Shown here: piece after piece, positions 62,872-64,000 of the stretch
Numbering within the stretch: the first letter of the stretch is position 1
Layout: every line of letters starts with the position of its first letter
Assembly (NCBI GenBank): GCA_049724395.1
Contig: JAUGWO010000082.1
Span: forward strand, 186,001 to 250,000
Reading direction: 5' to 3'
DNA length: 64,000 bases
Source of the DNA: Spongospora subterranea f. sp. subterranea
Lineage: Eukaryota
Translations under genes and position numbers: made by a program
Notes under the pieces: generated by a model
The model's input: the letters and a program-made list of their open reading frames with translations, nothing else
Database searches by the model: none
What the model was told of the DNA's origin: nothing

Positions 62872-64000
62872 TTAAAGTCTGCTTCTAACCGCCGAATTTC
62901 GGCTTAAAGACATCTCGATTATTCCGTGTGGCTCATCCGTTGGAAGATATACATCATTTTCGAACTGAAGCAGTGAATAAACACACTGACGATAGATGCA
63001 TGAAATGGAAAAACCTTATATCCGAGCTTGGAAAGATCCATCGGGATGTAATGAATGTTGGCTGTGTTTGAAAATGTCAATTTGAGATCGTGTGGGTTTG
63101 AAAACATCACATACGCATTTCTAACGAAATTCTTTCAACTTCTTTTACGGTTTTCAACACGTGTTCGCCCATTTCGTGCATCTAAGGGGTTTTGGCAATA
63201 TGTTTCTCAGAAATAAAAACTTACAGTTTTTTGCACAGAGGGACTGTAAACCCCAGTGTTGACATCACCAAAAAACGTGTCTGTAAGCGATTTTCTGACG
63301 GATTTCCTGACTGAGGCATAATCTATGTTTTTCTTATCCCCTTGACACCTAATGGCACATATGTGAAGTTTACTTGAAGCCGGTCGCGATGAAACTTACG
63401 ACCATCGCGCAGTTATGGACGATGCCAAGAGCCGATCAGATACCTCAGGAAGGGTCGTATGGTTGCACGTGTGGAACTTTTCGAATCCGGACTGTCATAA
63501 TTTAAAATCTAATTCTCTCTTGACCATAAAAGGTCACCCTACTTTTGTGGTCTTGAGGACCACCAGATTTTTTATTCCACTTGACATCGTTAGTGCAAAC
63601 CCTGGCTTTTTGGCTACCAGATCGACAAAATCGTTCTCGGGGCCTTGGCAAAGGAAGCCTATAGCACTTAATGACGATAATTCCAATATAGCACACGTTA
63701 GAGATACCATGAGAGTGAGGTTTTCCATCAACTTCAGCTCGCTTCCAGGGAGACGATTCAATTTCGACACGGATCTGAAAGAAGGGTGTTCTGATGTTCC
63801 GTGTTAATGACGAGATTCACGCATACTTGATGTATAACATCGTATTTAGTCAAGAACATTTTCGCAACGTCTATAGCGAAATCGTCGACCGTAACCGCCT
63901 TGGAAGTCTTCGCAACCACGTTGATAGTGTTTTTTATGGTATCAGTTGGGACAACAGCTGCACAGCAGCACATGTATTCAGAATGGCCTTCCGCCGCCCA
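62872..64000 (-). CDS. UOX: Urate oxidase (uricase), 5' end outside the window; C-terminal PTS1 SRL
   Basis: VVPTDTIKNTINVVAK, PWKRAEVDGKPHSHGF, LVVLKTTKSGFEKF, TTLPEVSDRLL, YSPSVQKT, MPNIHY, VYLPTDEPHGII; ends ..AVRSRL*. Confidence 0.95.

Noticed and set aside
1..64000. Alternative genetic code or genome-wide programmed frameshifting
   Set aside because: Conserved genes splice into open frames under the standard code and end in TAA, TAG or TGA. The few frame breaks mostly fall in short homopolymers, which favours consensus error.

Overview
Gene-dense eukaryotic genomic DNA with many short (mostly ~45-60 nt) GT-AG introns, not prokaryotic. The ciliary gene CFAP20DC, a secreted ankyrin protein and the compact introns suggest a flagellated (zoosporic) protist, possibly a plasmodiophorid-like parasite; this is an inference. 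Housekeeping genes: ERCC6/RAD26 (partial), SMC6, a GET2/CAML-like protein, a peroxisomal acyl-CoA synthetase, CFAP20DC, transaldolase, OGFOD1/TPA1, a purine-permease-like transporter, a coiled-coil protein, a protein kinase, PP5, a membrane-anchored subtilase and uricase (partial). Accessory blocks hold a tandem pair of intronless bacterial-type sphingomyelinases, two ankyrin-repeat genes, an intact hAT transposon with TIRs and an 8-bp TSD, and decayed pogo, plant-type mariner, gypsy/chromovirus and MULE-like elements. The strongest unexplained pattern is that almost every decayed transposon has been folded into a long inverted repeat (six hairpins in ~32 kb), a candidate hairpin-RNA silencing system. 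Other oddities are a probable GA-AG intron in SMC6 and several single-base frameshifts. Exon boundaries and identities were read by eye; no alignments or searches were run.
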